A stretch of 64,000 nt of DNA, from the NCBI GenBank assembly GCA_002104945.1, contig MCFH01000001.1, positions 2,170,001-2,234,000 on the forward strand, given 5' to 3'. This document shows positions 63,295 to 64,000 of this stretch, one piece after another. Both the position numbers and the translations under genes were made by a program. This DNA is from Piromyces finnis finn. Its lineage: Eukaryota; Fungi; Neocallimastigomycota. A model generated the notes under the pieces. It was not told the origin of the DNA, did no database searches, and saw only the letters and a program-made list of their open reading frames with translations. Position 1 is the stretch's first letter. Every line of letters begins with the position of its first letter.

Positions 63295-64000
63295 ATGTTT
63301 TTATAATTATTATATGCAAAAATTGTATATAATGAAAATTAATTTTATTTTACTTATTCTAATTTTTTGTGAAATACACTTTAATGAATTATTGGTTAAA
63401 TTTTAATATTTTTGAAAAATTCATAAATTAAATAATAAATTAAATTTTGAAGTTTATTAAATTTTTAATTTTAATATAGTAAAAATAAAAAGCATAAAAT
63501 AAAGTAAAAAAAAAAAAGTAAAAGAAAAAATAAAAAAAAACAGCAATTTTAATTAAAGGCTTAAAATATAAAAAAATCAAACAAACAAATAAACAAAAAA
63601 AAAACAAAAAACAAAAAACTAAAAAAAAAACAATATAAATATTAAACAATAACATTAATAATAATAAAAATAAAAATTAAAACATAAAAAAGCAATTCAT
63701 TTACTTTTTTCATAATGTCAAATTAAAACATTTGATATACAGTAATGATTTATCTATAAAATTGAAATTCATAAAATCGTTTATTTCAAAATACTGAAAT
63801 AAATAAATAAAAAGAAAAAAATAAATAAAACAAAATAAAGCAATATAATATTAAATAAATAAATAAGCAAAAAATAAACAAGTAAATAATATTAAAAGAC
63901 CTCAATTTTAATGAAGGCTTTTTTAGATATTATAAAACTTTGAATAACATTTATATTAATAAAAATAATAACATATTATTATTATTATAAGCAATAATAA

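Overview
Extremely AT-rich, intron-rich eukaryotic DNA with long poly(A/T) intergenic tracts and microsatellites. Gene content and composition point to an early-diverging fungus, most likely an anaerobic gut fungus (Neocallimastigomycota); this is inferred, not proven. Ten spliced protein-coding genes were reconstructed by hand from splice signals: casein kinase I, AP-2 beta-adaptin, BMS1, protein phosphatase methylesterase PME-1/PPE1, a TFIIS-N/IBD-like protein with a 100-Asn tract, an AAE3/PCS60-type oxalate-CoA ligase, a ~2,050-aa orphan, a 7TM protein, a TSL1/TPS3-like trehalose synthase subunit and a CHS4/SKT5-like Sel1 protein. There are two retroelement insertions with exact boundaries. 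One is a full-length APE-RT LINE (27915-33565; 13-bp TSD, poly(A) tail, tandem structured 5' monomers). The other is a complete tRNA-Ala-derived SINE (62749-63294, minus strand; 17-bp TSD, poly(A) tail) that the ORF track does not show. The PME-1 gene carries a clear U12-type AT-AC minor intron (16867-17149). Everything was read by eye: no database searches or RNA folding were run, and exon boundaries need RNA-seq confirmation.
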